From NCBI GenBank assembly GCA_030704615.1, contig CM060732.1, positions 78,926,001 through 78,990,000 of the forward strand: DNA of 64,000 nucleotides. The letters run 5' to 3'. Positions 26,801 to 37,942 of the stretch are shown in pieces (the stretch's first letter is position 1; each line of letters opens with the position of its first letter). The notes under the pieces were generated by a model, which was not told where the DNA came from, made no database searches, and saw nothing but the letters and a program-made list of their open reading frames with translations. A program made the translations under genes and the position numbers. Origin of the DNA: Takakia lepidozioides. Its lineage: Eukaryota > Plantae > Bryophyta.

Positions 26801-29609
26801 ACATGACATTGTACTATCTGAAATATCTTGTGCCCGTGGACAAAAACCATCCACAAACCACCCGTGATTTCTCATCCGACCAAGATTTGGATGAGGGATG
26901 AGACTTCTCGGAAAATAAAGTTGGCATATCTGGGGCGTGGTAGTCGCTTACAGCTCCGCGGAAATAGATGGCATCCGTGGAATTAGTTCCTGCACGTGGG
27001 AAACCTTGCTGATGTGGTGTGAGTCTGGCTGGGCTCACAGGCTCACGCGCAAGCATTCCCCTCCCGCATAAATGACTTTGACCAGTAGTTCGGAGCGGAG
27101 GGAACCATGAAGAGGGTCCTGTACAGGTTCGTGAATTCATTTTTTCTGTTTGAAATTTATCTTTGGCAACCAGTAGACAGGCAATTTGTGGGCATCCAAA
27201 ACTGCATGCACCAACGCACACAATTTTAGAGGGCTACAAACTCAGGTGTGTTTTCTCCTCCATCATGAATTTAATTGCTTCGGTGGCTGTTCTTGCTGCC
27301 TGTCAGGGTGTTCTCAAACGTTAGGGACAATCTAACACATCTGCCGAGAATGGGATATCTTTGTGCATATGGAACCCTTTGTTTTGTCTTATTTGCTTGT
27401 GTTGCGTTGTGGGGTAGTGGATTTCGGTTGCCTCATACTCATGTGTGTTTGCACCCCCAAATTGTGTGCATCGACGCATGCATTTTGGGAGGGCCAAACT
27501 CCCTGCTGTTTTGCGTCCATGGTCTAAAAGTGTACCTCATTTGTTTTGTAGGTATATCAAGAACGTGCTCATTCTAGGGAAAAACCTCAGTAAGTAACCT
27601 GCCTTCATCAACTTGTGGTCTGACTCCTCTAACAACCAGACCATGTACATGGCAGCCATCCTCAGGGACTACGGGAGATATCAACTGAAGGACTGCTGTT
27701 GGTATCTTGATATACCCAAATCAGATTGCCCCTGGTATGAGTTGCAGACATGGAATCAGAACGACAATGCAGAGTCGTTGGCCCCTCTATAAACGGACAA
27801 GGAATTGCATGAGAGGAATCTGCGGAACGTCGCTGAGAAGGAACCCGCAGCCAATAAAACTCTTGCAAGAGGGAAGGGAAGGGAAAGGGAAAGGGTCCAA
27901 AGGACAAAGGGAAGGAGAAGGCCACCCTAGGGGAGGCTGCAAAGGTGATGCAGCGCAAACCCCAATTGCAAACAAAGAACGAAACGGAAGGGGAAGTTTG
28001 AGCCATACGACGCAGTTGAGCATCCATCAAGAATCCACCGATAATGTAAATGCGAGCTTGTGAACGTTTTCATTCCTTGCCATGATAGAGAGCAGGAAAT
28101 CTGGTTACACTGGAGAACCCTCTCGAACTTGGGGCAAGCTGTGTGCATTTCTTGAGTTGGTAAGCCAATTTTCCTTGTTTGTTATATTTTCCATTTTGGA
28201 TTGTGATTTAATTTTTGCCTTCTGTCTGTTTTCAGGTTTTTGAAGGGCAGTGTTGGGTGAATGGTACTCAGAAACTGTATGGTGCAGACATGGTGATTGT
28301 GGACATTCCAGATGGGCAGCCAGTACCGGACATTCTCCCCACTGCACTTGCCCAACATGGAATGCATTTGACAAGAGGTATTGGCGGTGGGTCTTTTCAT
28401 TTTGCAATTTTTTTTATCGGATGCAGGGGTTCTTGTTATGATCCAGTTCATCACTATGAAATGTTGACGGGAGCTTGCAAGCTATCTCAAGGCCTCAGAG
28501 ATGAAGATCATCAAAACGTGGAATGGTGTGAACAATATGTACTTGACAAAGGGTGACTGTCCGGGACAAATGGTAATCGACCTTCTCTTGCCTGCTTCAT
28601 TTCAAGTGCAAGTTCACCCCTCCGGAAATGAGTGCGTCAACGCACTCAATTTCGGAGGGTTGAAGCACTATTCTTTTGAGATGTTGTGTGCATTCACTCA
28701 TATGTGCTTCATGTTGTCTTGTGTGCAGACCCGCATTTTTTAAGCCGTCCGCCTCGTCAGGTGCATCCTGCTTCGACTCCCGCAATAGTGAAGGAGTTCA
28801 GGCTTCATGGGGGACGTTATTTCATCAACGACAAGTTTGATCCAGTGGTGGACGACATGCACTACAATTACGTGGATTCCAATGTGTGCTTGCGAAAATC
28901 CAATTCCACACCATGGAGAGGGGCCAAGGAGAAGAGCCCAGCTTTTATTCAAACAATTGTAGAGACTTGTTCCCATCCCGGGGCGCGCATTGTGGACCTC
29001 ACTCTTGGAACATGTGCACCCCGATCCTACTGTGGTGTTTGTTCTTGTTGCAGAGTTTGTTACATCGTCCTAACAGTACTCTGTCTTGCAGGAGCTTCGT
29101 ACCATGCTTGCAAGGCAGCGGGCAGGCATTTGTTTGGTATGAAAGGGGATGCGGCCATTTTCAGTGACCTCCTCCATAACTTGGAAGGGCCAGCGCCTGC
29201 CGCCCAACAACAGGAGGGTATAGTGCTTGTCGATATCAACGAGGGGGATGACAAAGCCCTGGACAACGATTTCGCATGTGAGTAAGTTGATTTTCTGTAA
29301 GCATCCGAGTTCTCCTACGCAAAATCCCCCCCCCCCCCTTTTATCTTTTATGGTAGCTAATGCAATGCATGTACTTTGGGTGGCAGGATATTGGAAGCTA
29401 TTCCTTTGCTCGACGTCTCTCTACTTCAGAGTGACTTGTGGTGCAGCCCTCCACGTTCATACATCCTACCCGACTACGCGGAGGCCATTGCTCGTCAACA
29501 TAGTTTCATGTTATCTCCTCCATGTGCTCAGAAGCACAACATGCACCTCGGAGCTCGGGTTTTCGTCGATGATATTGCCCAAGTTTCAGGGGATAGTTGT
29601 AGTGACTGA
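23855..29609 (+). pseudogene. Spliced transposon cargo locus: ParB/Srx-like domain plus beta-class N4-C/N6-A DNA methyltransferase-like domain (one fusion gene or two tandem genes), disrupted
   Basis: Exon ~24480-24868: DMLRLEQDFCHGY...KMFHVWDGNH*LFAW...LLTAMHDVNK. Further exons at 24940-~25123, 25208-25648 and 27552-~28160. Exon 28236-~28572: ADMVIVDIPDG, then after frameshifts PTWN...SDAGVLVMI. Exon to 29013: PWRGAKEKSPAFIQTIVETCSHPGARIVDLTLGT. A 78-bp intron lies at 29014-29091, followed by ASYHACKAAGRHLFGMKGD. In-frame stops at 24633, 24732, 27595 and 27790. Confidence 0.75.
25898..26560. repeat. Array of about 6 imperfect palindromes AAATCAACCTTGCGTTGACGCAACCTTGATTT with poly-T spacers
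   Basis: Cores at ~26105, 26223, 26315, 26408 and 26513, plus a degenerate copy at ~25898. Confidence 0.85.
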
Positions 29610-31037
29610 AATACCAACTTCATCATTTTTTTGGTTCTCGTGATGTTGTGAGTTTCAGACATTTTGTGTCCCTCCAAAATTTGTAATAAAATTTGTGTCT
29701 GTTCGTGATAATGTCGTTGAACGATGGATTCTCATTTTCATGCCATGTATGCATTTACAACAGTGGCTTCTATGCACTTCATACAGTGAACAGTTCATGG
29801 CTTGTAGGCATTGATTGTAATGTACAGTAAACAGCTGTTTGTTTGAGTCTCTCATTCGCATCATTCTGGGAATCTGCATGAGCAAAGGGTTTAAGGTGCA
29901 AGCCTAGGGGATGATGTATGTATGGACTCTCGGGTTCAACGCAAGTTCAAGGGCAACATCCTGATGCCTAACATTGATTATGGGTCAAACAAGAAGACAA
30001 GGTAGTTGTTTCGTCAATTTTTGTTACACAATGTGAAAGACCCAGAACTCCTCCTCATGCACAAACGGGAGCCAAATTCATTTTCTATGTTGTTGTCTAA
30101 TAGGTCGGAAAGTTGCACTGCTGTCGTAAGAGAGATGAGCACATTTCTACCTCACTGGCAGGGGCAGCAGGACGCATTAGAGTCTAAACCATGTTTAGGG
30201 TGGTCATGTGGTGCGTTGCAGGAAGTATAGTGCTGAAATGGCTCACAATGTGTCGACACTGAAGAAGAAAGCTAAAATGGAGCGTGCTGCACACCAGAAT
30301 GTTGCAGTAACTAGTGGGACAAAGTCATAAAATGAAAGATCAACGACGCAATGGCGTGAGCGTGCGAGCGTACGCTCACGCAGGAGTGACGTGACATGAG
30401 CGTACGCTCACGCCAGCTGACGTGGCGTGAGCATGCACCCACGTTGACGTGGCGTGAGCATGATATCAGCAGGCTGAAATGGCGACAAATGCTGATGTGG
30501 CACTGCGCCGTCATCTGCTACGTCAGCATGAACATGCGCCGCCTATAACCGAGGATGGTCCTATGACCGTGGGATTAATGCAGGGAATCCTTGGCTGAAT
30601 ACAATGAAGACTACCATGGGGCCTACAATTGTAGCATCCAACATTGTGCAATTACAAAATGTTTGTTTCACTTTTACAATTACAAAGACGAAAAAATATC
30701 CTCACAAAGTATGCGCCATAGAGGCTACCACGGGAAGACCTTGCTCCCTCCCCAAATAACAATGAGAGTTAAGATCATCTTCAAAAGATGATTGCAGTGC
30801 ATAACGACAGGAAAACATGTAGACTTCGAAAGGTGCAATGATGCATGTGCTTTTAAAAATTGCCACTCAGAGCTCACTTAGTATAGTTGGAAGCATAATG
30901 GAGGGATAAGGGACGCCATAACATTGCACCGCCGACGATGTTGCAAACGAATTGATTTGAATTGAATTTCCTTGACAATGTTGCAAATTGCACATTTCAT
31001 AGCATGGTCGTCCACATACCACATTGCATAGCAGATG

Positions 31038-31910
31038 CTACCTATGTGTTGTATCCCGCTGCAATAGAGTATCGACCTCGTTGAAACTCAGAGTGGCCTG
31101 GTGAACGAAGTTGTCACGTTTGGGATCGCAAACCATCATCTTCAAAAATATGAAATACAAATGTTTGCAGGGTATGAATTTACATCTCTTGCCCAAACTG
31201 GTTGATAACATATTCACAAAATCAGGACATGTGCAATTGGGGAAATTGGAAACTGTGATGTCGTAGGTCCTGTCATAAACCACAGATGTCGAAGTGATCA
31301 TTGTGTACACCCGACCATATCCTGGATCGGGCACTTCCGTGGTGCTTGCAACACGAGCTTGGAGCATTCTTGCGGACTCCACTTTGCCGAAGTGTTCAGC
31401 GGTTGGAGGGAAACGCCGAACCAGCTTTCCATCTTGTTTGGTTGGCCACAAGTGAGGATTTGTCAAAGGGACCCGAGAGGATGCAGAAGTAGAAGCACAT
31501 GCATGCAGTTGGGGTTGTCGGCACCATCTCAGGATATAGATGAAGTGCATTTTTCGAAATTAGTTGCCCTGATCGCTGTACATTTCAGACAAGACCCTGC
31601 ACTTGTGCGTTCTATGTAGTAAACATGGTCGGGGCATGTGGACTCCAGCACATCAAGGGGGTAGTTTATCTCCTGCATCATTTCATTGGCACTGTTTGAT
31701 GCTCGAGCCTTCCGTCGTGTCGGAGGTTCCTACAGAATGGAGGTTCCGGACATCGATCTGTCATGCAGGGGAACATGAGGCTTCGAGAAGTTATCACGGT
31801 CTGCCCTGTGCGAATCAGAATCCGAGCCAGGTGGGGTGTTCAATTTCCTCTTACAGGAGCCGAATCTCTCATCCCCTTCAAGATGTGAAATTCTAGAAAC
31901 AAGTGGCGTT
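31038..31910 (-). pseudogene. C-terminal fragment of a SWIM zinc-finger transposase-like protein
   Basis: ORF 31038-31550 has TYDITVSNFPNCTCPDF...CKHLYFI (CxC...CxH SWIM). The upstream frame reads HLEGDERFGSCKRKLNTPPGSDSDSHR. It is truncated by the repeat array. Confidence 0.8.
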
Positions 31911-31954
31911 CCCTGGGCATACAACAAAAAAACAAAAAAAAAACAAAAAAAACA

Positions 31955-33180
31955 GAAGTGATGATCGGCGGTACCGACAGAAGTGATGGTCGGCACCGAC
32001 CATCGCATCCCCCCCAATGCCAAATGTCAAAAGTAACCTTAAATTTATTTTAAAAAATAAATAAAAAATCGGAAAGTGATGATCGGCGGCACCGACAGAA
32101 GTGATGGTCGGCACCGACCATCACATCCACCCAAATGCCGAATGTCAAAAGCCGAAGGAAAAAAAAAAAAAAAAAAAAAAAAACAGAAAGTGATGATCGG
32201 CGATATTGACAGAAGTGATGGTCAGCACCGACCATCGCATCCGCCCTAATGCCGAATGTCAAAAGCCAAAAAAAACGATCGGCGGCACTGACAGAAGTGA
32301 TGGTCGGCACCGACCATCACATCCACCCAAATGCCGAATGTCAAAAGCAAAAAAATAAAAATAAAAAATAAAAAAACATAAAGTGATGATCGGCGATATT
32401 GACAGAAGTGATGGTCGGCACCGACCATCGCATCCGCCCTAATGCCGAATGTCAAAAGCCAAAAAAAAAGATCGGCGGCACTGATAGAAGTGATGGTCGG
32501 CACCGACCATCACATCCACCCAAATGCCGAATGTCAAAAGCCAAAAAGCCAAAAAGCAAAAAAAAAAAAAAAAAAGAAACACGGAGAGTGGTGATCGGTA
32601 ACTGAAGTGATGGTCGGCACCGATCATCACATCCACCCAAATGCTGAATGTCAAAAAAAAAAAAAAAAAACGGAAAGTGATGATCGGCGGCACCGACAGA
32701 AGTGATTGTCGGCACCGACCATCGCATCCACCCAAATGCCGAATGTCAAGAGCCAATTTAAAGTTAAAATTAATTTAATAATAATAATTTAAAAAAAAAA
32801 CAGAAAATGATGATCAGCGGCACCAACAGAAGTGATGGTCGATGCTGACCATCACATCCACCCAAATGCCGAATGTCCCAAAAAAAAAAACAAAAAAAAC
32901 AGAGAGTGATGATCGGCGGCACCGACAGATGTGATGGTGGGCACCCAAATGCCGAATGAAAGAAAAGTATTTTTTTTAAAGAAAAAAATAAAAATCGGCT
33001 GCACTGACAGAAGTGATGGCTGGCCCGATCATCACATCCACCAAAATGCCAAATATCAAAAGCAAAAAATAAAATAAAAATTAATAAACAAACTAGAAGT
33101 AATGATCGGCACCAATCATCACATCCACCCAAATGCCGAATGTCAAATGCAAATGCAAATGCAAAAAAAAAAAAAACAGT
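31955..33180. repeat. Tandem array of about 12 units (80-130 bp) with palindrome GTGATGGTCGG-CA-CCGACCATCAC and poly-A spacers
   Basis: Cores at ~31983, 32101, 32215, 32296, 32408, 32490, 32607, 32702, 32832, 32930 (partial), 33013 and 33099. Confidence 0.9.
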
Positions 33181-35386
33181 CTACGGCTACCAATTCCGCG
33201 GCTATAGGCCCCTTTCTCCCTGTTCTGTCCGCGGTCATAGGTATGCCCGTGGACATGACATGGTGAGGCGTAACGTGGCGTCAACCACGCTGGCGAAGAC
33301 TGCTGACGTTGCGTCGAACCCTTGAGCCAATGTGGCGAGAACTGGTGACGTGGCGTGAGCTTGGCCGCGCTCACACGCTCACGCGGAGGCATCCCCCATG
33401 AAAGATCTGTCTCACATATGATGTGTTGTCTTATTCTACGTTGCTGTCATCAGTCTATCTTTCCCCAAATGACAGACATTCATTAAATCTTATCATGTGC
33501 TTCATGAGGGATTTTCTATAATTTCTAATGTTTGTGCAAATGACATTGATCGTTGTGCTTGGTTTACATAAATGTTAGAATGGCATCCTCGTTGAACATT
33601 CATCCACTCTCTTATTCATTCACGATATTCCATCCTCATTTGTCCACAACTTCTCATCCACATTCATCCATATTCGCAACGTCCCATCAACATTGGCTCT
33701 CCTTCATCCTCATTAATTCATCCACACCCATTCTAGACTAATGATAGCAACGTAGAATACCACATTAGCATGATATTAATTCATCTGATGACCATTGTAG
33801 ACTGATGACCCGGACATTAATTCATCCACAACCATTTAAGTCTCTGCAAACACTATCATTCACCAACATTCACCAACATTCAGCTCTCTTCTGCACTTCG
33901 CCTCGTTGCCCACACATGGTTCCATGTTTGCCGAATGCGCAAGTCCGCGACTATAGGCGTTTGTCTGTTCGGTCCGCGGTTATAGGCCAATGCCTATGAA
34001 AATGACGTGGCGTGGCATGACGTGGCAAGAACTGTTGACGTGGCGTGAGCTTGGCTGCGCTCACACGCTCACGCGGAAGCATCCCCCAAGTGCAATCTCC
34101 AGTGTCCAATGTCATCTAAGTCCAAGTGCAATCCCCTACCCTATGTATCCAGAGACTCCGCAGTTTAGGAGATCTCCACATCATTGTTCCAGGAAAGCCC
34201 TGCACTTTGCTATTTTTGCAATCTCCCCTGTGGAAGCTTCCTATATTGAGATATCCAATCATTGTGCAAGGAAAGGCTACTTTGCTATTTTTCACGAATT
34301 TCAAGCGAGCAAAAATACTTGAAATTTAACATCTCCCGCACTGCAAGTCCAAAAATTATGAGACCAAGTTGATGCACCCCTCCTCATCGAGGGCTTTCGA
34401 ACGACACCAGCACCAGGGCTGGGCCCTGCGGTTTGGGAGATCTCAATGATACTACAAAACAAAACAAATTGCCTCGCTTCATATATTGATGACATAATAA
34501 AAATACAAGTTCTCATATAACTGAGTAGTATAAAAGTATGTCCATCCCCTTAATACTAAACTAAACAGTACTAAACAGTAAACTATGCTACTTGGAAGTA
34601 TAGCTGAACCGCGGCCAACCCTTGTTGCGCATTTGTGTGTCTGTGCCGTATGCTATCAATATTCCACAAAAATAAATCGTACAGGGCCTACCTAGCCCTT
34701 GCATTCACTCACCAAAATTGAGTTAGAAAAAAATCCCCATTACATTAGTACAATATTCACAATGAAATGGGATTTTTTGCTTTAACCAACCAATTTAAGG
34801 GTTTTCTTTTTCTTTTTTTTATGTGTGATTTTTCCACATATTCTTGGGAAAATTATCATGTTTGGGTTGGAGCTTTTAATTCAAGGGGAGTTTCATAACA
34901 CAAAGTTTGAAACATAGACTATGTATCCCATATTTGGAGAGTTTGGGAACGTTGGCAAACCGGACACAGTGGGAACAACCAATCGCATGGGATAGCGGGA
35001 GGCTTGGAGAGGAAGGAAGTGGCTCGACTGGACGTATACACATGTACGCCTACGCTCTATCAGACCCAAAATCAGTTACGTAGTGGCAAGCTGACCACTT
35101 TCAATCTTCCTTTTGTTGACTCTCTCTCCATGAAATTGAAACTGAAGAACACTTCTTCTATTGTCCTATATACTAGGAGATCCGTGGGGTTAAGGCTGAA
35201 AGTGAAGTAATTGCTGTGTAGTGTAGGGTGCGTAGGAGTGGGGTGGTGTATTTTAACGGAAGTTTGAGGTTTAATTGAGAATTTGAATGTTGTGGCAATG
35301 TGCTCCCCCTCTCACACCAGTGGTAATGATAGTCAAAGGGGCAGTGTTCCATCCATGGTGACGAAGGGCTAAGAAGAGCAGTTCAT

Positions 35387-35830
35387 ATGACATGGGATAT
35401 AGAGACATGTTTTAACATTCTACCAGGTGTGGACCCATATCCCTCAAGAGCCTATAGCCCTCAATTACAACCAAACCACCAAGGCCAAGGTCTCCACATG
35501 TCCAATATTCGAAAAACTTCGCTTTGCCGCGCTCTGACAAATTTGGAAGGCATGCTGCCGATGGACTTTGAACAATGTCTCTTCTTCCTGTACAGGAATC
35601 CTTACTTGTATTTTCTATGACATTACTATTGAGGCTAAGCTGGCTTGGCAAAAATTATGTGCAGAAGCAGACAGGAAACTCGAGCAAAAGACATCTCTCC
35701 TCGCCTCCTTCAGGCATCTTGGGGAAGAGGAGGAATCATTTGTTCTTCGGTCTCCCCTGACTTAGACTCCGCTGACATTAACTGGAAGCACATTAGGAGG
35801 GGGTCTAAGTCTAAGCTGATCTTCCTTAGA
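35387..35830 (+). mobile_element. 3' fragment of an L1-type LINE ORF2
   Basis: One frame reads EKLRFAAL*QIWKACCRWTLNNVSSSCTGIL...EAKLAWQKLC, similar to the 19813-20330 fragment. Confidence 0.5.
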
Positions 35831-37942
35831 TAGGCATCTTGTGCGTTCTACCCTGCTCCTCGTGCCGTTCTGGCCCCTGCTCTTGTTGTTCATCATACAA
35901 CACAGTTCCCCCTGTTCTAGGGCTACTCTCGGACCATCTGCTCTTCTCCGCTAGGAACTAATATGAGATTAGCTCTCTGCTTTTTAAGCAAATCTTGCTC
36001 TCCATTATGGGTTGGGTCTACCCAGGTTGCATGGGTAGCCAAGTCTATTTTCTACTCACTGTTCGTTGGAATCTCCAACACGGTTCCCGTGTGTTAGGCC
36101 TCATGGCAATATGTAAGGGTTTAATTTTTTTCCCTTTAAGCAATAAAAGTATCAGGGCCTCTAACCCCTGTTTCTTAAAAAAACAAGAATATATATATTT
36201 GAAATGACCCATTGAAACGCATTGAAATAACAATATGTGTACAATTGACACACCACCACAAGAGGATGCAATGCAACACCTTACATCATTTTTTTTTTTG
36301 GGAAAAATAGGGCATCAATAAAAACTTAAACTACATTGGAAGCTAGAAAATAATGACATATACTCATATCTTAGGACAAAACCGCGCCAACAATCACAAT
36401 AATTTCCTTAAGTATGTACAAGGTATCGGATAGAGCCCACCCCTGAACGGGGGCAGTACCCGCAAGGGGAAGGGGCTCTTATTAACGCTAGCTTCGGTTG
36501 GCGTCATGTAAATGTACATGGTAGCCAAACTGGTTTTAAGTCTCTTCTTCTACTTCTTACTGTGAAGCACATAAACCAATACCCTTGCATCTTTCCCTCT
36601 AAATTTTAGTTGAGACTCTAGGTGGCTATGTACATCTGAGCACGAATAAAAAATTATAGTGTGCAGCGGATTAATTTTTTTCGTGGCACATCTTTTTGTT
36701 GTATAGTAACTCACTAGCATCCAGTAACTTACTAGTAGCTGGTAAGTTCGTTACCCTCACTAAAAGCAGATGCGAATCAAGAAGGTCAGTGAGATGATAT
36801 GCTCAGGAAAAATGAGCATTCAAGAGTTGATAGGATGGGGGCTCTGGGGGGAGTGTTGTGATGCTTCAACATTGAAATCATCAGTTCGTACATGAGCAGG
36901 TGAATGAGGTATCATAGGTGAATGGGGGACACCTTTGAGAGCAGTCAACAACTTTCTATTCTGACAGGTTGCAGTTACTTATTTAAAAAAGATTTAAACC
37001 AAGTGATAGTCATGTATATATACACAGGGTCTAAATTCATCAACAATTACAGCTTCAGTGCCAATGGATTTGGCAAGTGATTACAGATGTGTGTATTTTT
37101 TCGACATTGAGTGTGGTGGTCCTTTGCAAATGGTCAAAACATGCTGCAAAGTGTTTAGATGTTCAGCAATGGATACTCCTAGGTAGTAGATTCTCCTTCC
37201 TGTAGCAGGACATAGGCTGAAAATGACTTATCAGATCAGGAAATGACACGAACAGAATTTGTATTACCTCCTTGACTACTGGCTCTACTAAGGAGGGGGC
37301 ACTTTTCTGTAGTTGATTGAACTGCAACCTGTGCTTCTCAGTCATGAAGTATATAGTTGTGGTCTTCTTCCTAATGTTGACTAGTTCCCAGTTACTTACG
37401 ATGACCTCCTGCCTGTGATCTACTAACCTTTTAGCTAGAATTTCAATTTTGACTGGGGTTCCCTACGCCCTCCACCCTTGCCTTGAAATTGACAGGCTTG
37501 AGCAGAATGCGCATGACGGTCCCACTGGGATGAACCTCCTGTCGTGTGGGCAACGCCACTATTCTCTCTAGCACTCGCCAACTGGCTGCCCCCACCACCT
37601 GCTTCCATGAAAACACCCCAAGCTTGCAATCCTTATGCCAATGTATCTTTAAGCTGAAGGAGGTTTAATCTGGATGAAGAAAATGGGGGATAAGTGCACT
37701 CATGCAAGCACATTAGAGTTAGTTGTATCTGAGCTTGAGCCTTGCACGTACTGTTGCCATTTTGTCACCCTGACGAAATGAATTTCTCACGCCAACAAGC
37801 AAGCTGATATGAAACTTGAAAACTCAACTCCAAGCATTACTAAAATCAAGCGAATGTTTATTAAAGCATGTACCCCCCGTGTCAGATTCCTGTGACGGAA
37901 ACATCATGTTCGCCATAGAGATCAATTAATTAAAGGGCATAC

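Larger units (their letters stand above)
30341..33397 (-). mobile_element. Nested Mutator-like deletion derivative (~3.06 kb) with a 9-bp TSD, a SWIM transposase 3' fragment and a palindrome array
   Basis: TSD ATGAAAGAT(C) at 30332-30340/41 and 33398-33406/07. The left end gacgcaatggcgtgagcgtgcgagcg resembles the reverse complement of the right end (gatgcctccgcgtgagcgtgtgagcg). Subterminal cctatgaccg motifs are inverted between the two ends. Confidence 0.85.
23855..34087. mobile_element. Large Mutator-like element carrying the ParB-like/MTase cargo; right terminus at 34087, left end not found
   Basis: The terminus ...gcgtgagcttggctgcgctcacacgctcacgcggaagcatccccc (ends 34087) has 2 mismatches in ~52 bp relative to the TSD-verified terminus at 33397. 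Removing the nested element leaves the MTase 3' end about 1.4 kb from this terminus. The host repeat resumes directly after 34087. Confidence 0.6.

Noticed and set aside
23855-29609. Bacterial or phage contamination as the source of the MTase
   Set aside because: The domains are split by GT-AG introns and embedded among plant genes and plant-type transposons.
31955-33180. CRISPR-like look of the palindromic arrays (also 26085-26560 and 21985-22290)
   Set aside because: Spacers are homopolymer-rich variants of each other rather than unique sequences, there are no cas genes, and the context is a eukaryotic transposon.
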